Source: an uncultured Acidobacteriota bacterium (GTDB lineage Bacteria; Acidobacteriota; Terriglobia; Acidiferrales; UBA7541). From it: a stretch of 64,000 bases of DNA. Shown here in pieces: positions 63,133 to 64,000 of the stretch; position 1 is the stretch's first letter; each line of letters opens with the position of its first letter. The position numbers and the translations under genes were made by a program. The DNA lies in the NCBI GenBank assembly GCA_963743735.1, contig CAVURF010000012.1:32295-96294 (forward strand), given 5' to 3'. The notes beneath the pieces were generated by a model. The model had not been told where the DNA came from. It saw only the letters and a list, made by a program, of their open reading frames with translations, and did no database searches.

Positions 63133-64000
63133 TTGGGTCTCCCAGGGTCACGATTTTGATAAACAGGTTTTCGATGGGCCCGCGCGTTGCAACATCATAA
63201 TCCCAGACTTCGGTCGTGTCCAGCTTGCCTGATTGCGCAAAGCCGAGCTTCGAGTAGAGATCCTTCACGGGTTCATTCTTCGCCGTCGGAATGTACAACC
63301 CGCGAATCCGCGTGACACCGCGGAGAGCCGCTTGCTGGCAGAGGTAGGCGAGCATAGTTTTTTCCAGACTCCGACCGATGACCCGGCAACTCATCAGCCA
63401 GGTGTCTATTTCGATCGACGAATCGTTCTGTTTAGCGATCAGCAATCCCACCAAACCGTGATCTGCAAAACGATCTCGCAGACGGACAAAAAAATGGATG
63501 CATTCGGGATCTTGCATGAATGCCTCTACCTGTGCCTGACTATGCCGGCGAGTGGTGAGATTGAACTGATTCGTTTTGCCGATAAGCTGCACAATCCGCG
63601 GCAAGGTCAGTTCGTCAAAGGGCGCAACGGATGCAGTCATGTCGAGACTGGTCCAAAGCTCCTCGATGGAGCTCACGCTCTGTTCGAGCCGGGACGCTTG
63701 AGCACGGGCGCGGTACTGTTCGGTGCGGCGAGCATCCTCTGCCGTCAAGCTGGCGCTTTCGAACCACAGGTAACGGGAAAGTTCGCGCGCGAAGTAGGAA
63801 GGGTCCCCGGAAAGAGCAATCACGTCCACTTGCGGGAGCGCGCGCCGGACGGCAGCGCATTCGATGGGATTGTCATCTGCAAATACCAGTGCCTCTAGGC
63901 CGATATTAAGGCCTTGGGCAACACGCACAAGGTTGTCCGGTTTCGGATCCCAATTGGCAAAGAACGCTGCGAAGTCATCAAGCTTGAGCCTCATGTCCGG
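63074..64000 (-). CDS. FkbH-like HAD-IIIC glyceryl transferase/phosphatase (5' part outside window)
   Basis: ANWDPK, VFADDNPIE, QLIGKTNQFNLTT, DRFADHG.VG, LMSCRV, PTAKN. Confidence 0.93.
   Translation of the reverse strand, partial: PDMRLKLDDFAAFFANWDPKPDNLVRVAQGLNIGLEALVFADDNPIECAAVRRALPQVDVIALSGDPSYFARELSRYLWFESASLTAEDARRTEQYRARAQASRLEQSVSSIEELWTSLDMTASVAPFDELTLPRIVQLIGKTNQFNLTTRRHSQAQVEAFMQDPECIHFFVRLRDRFADHGLVGLLIAKQNDSSIEIDTWLMSCRVIGRSLEKTMLAYLCQQAALRGVTRIRGLYIPTAKNEPVKDLYSKLGFAQSGKLDTTEVWDYDVATRGPIENLFIKIVTLGDPNGDSPAVGTQPHTLSGPAI

Overview
Chromosomal window, probably from an Acidobacteriota (Terriglobia-like) genome; this is inferred from gene content (ASH/choice-of-anchor-D proteins, standalone PilZ proteins, double-length ThyX, a GAAC-N7-GAAC-type SOS box). 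Many genes carry single-base frameshifts, including essential prfA, most likely from long-read assembly errors. The left third is housekeeping and repair: GH2 exo-beta-glucosaminidase, MerR-HTH/TPR + Ku, M48 protease, lon, cca, PP2C, dinB, prmC/prfA, an FAD oxidoreductase, a Rieske oxygenase, thyX and rpmE. It also holds an acyl-AMP ligase cassette flanked by a duplicated Rieske 3' end, and a small island (IS1202-family IS with 17-bp target duplication, GTCTGGG array, Fic gene, broken cation transporter). From about 28 kb to the end is a ~36 kb surface-biogenesis locus. Its regulatory core has a GGDEF-PilZ cyclase, two PilZ proteins, a histidine kinase with an ERR/RxxxR insert, three paralogous sigma54 activators, several -24/-12 promoters and IHF sites. 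The locus also encodes two ASH-repeat lipoproteins with a shared C-terminal domain, an exosortase/TPR/ATPase/Wza/Wzc-type export module, rmlABCD, and an FkbH-ACP-MaoC/SDR-methyltransferase block that could acylate the glycan. This locus is the best candidate for an undescribed system.
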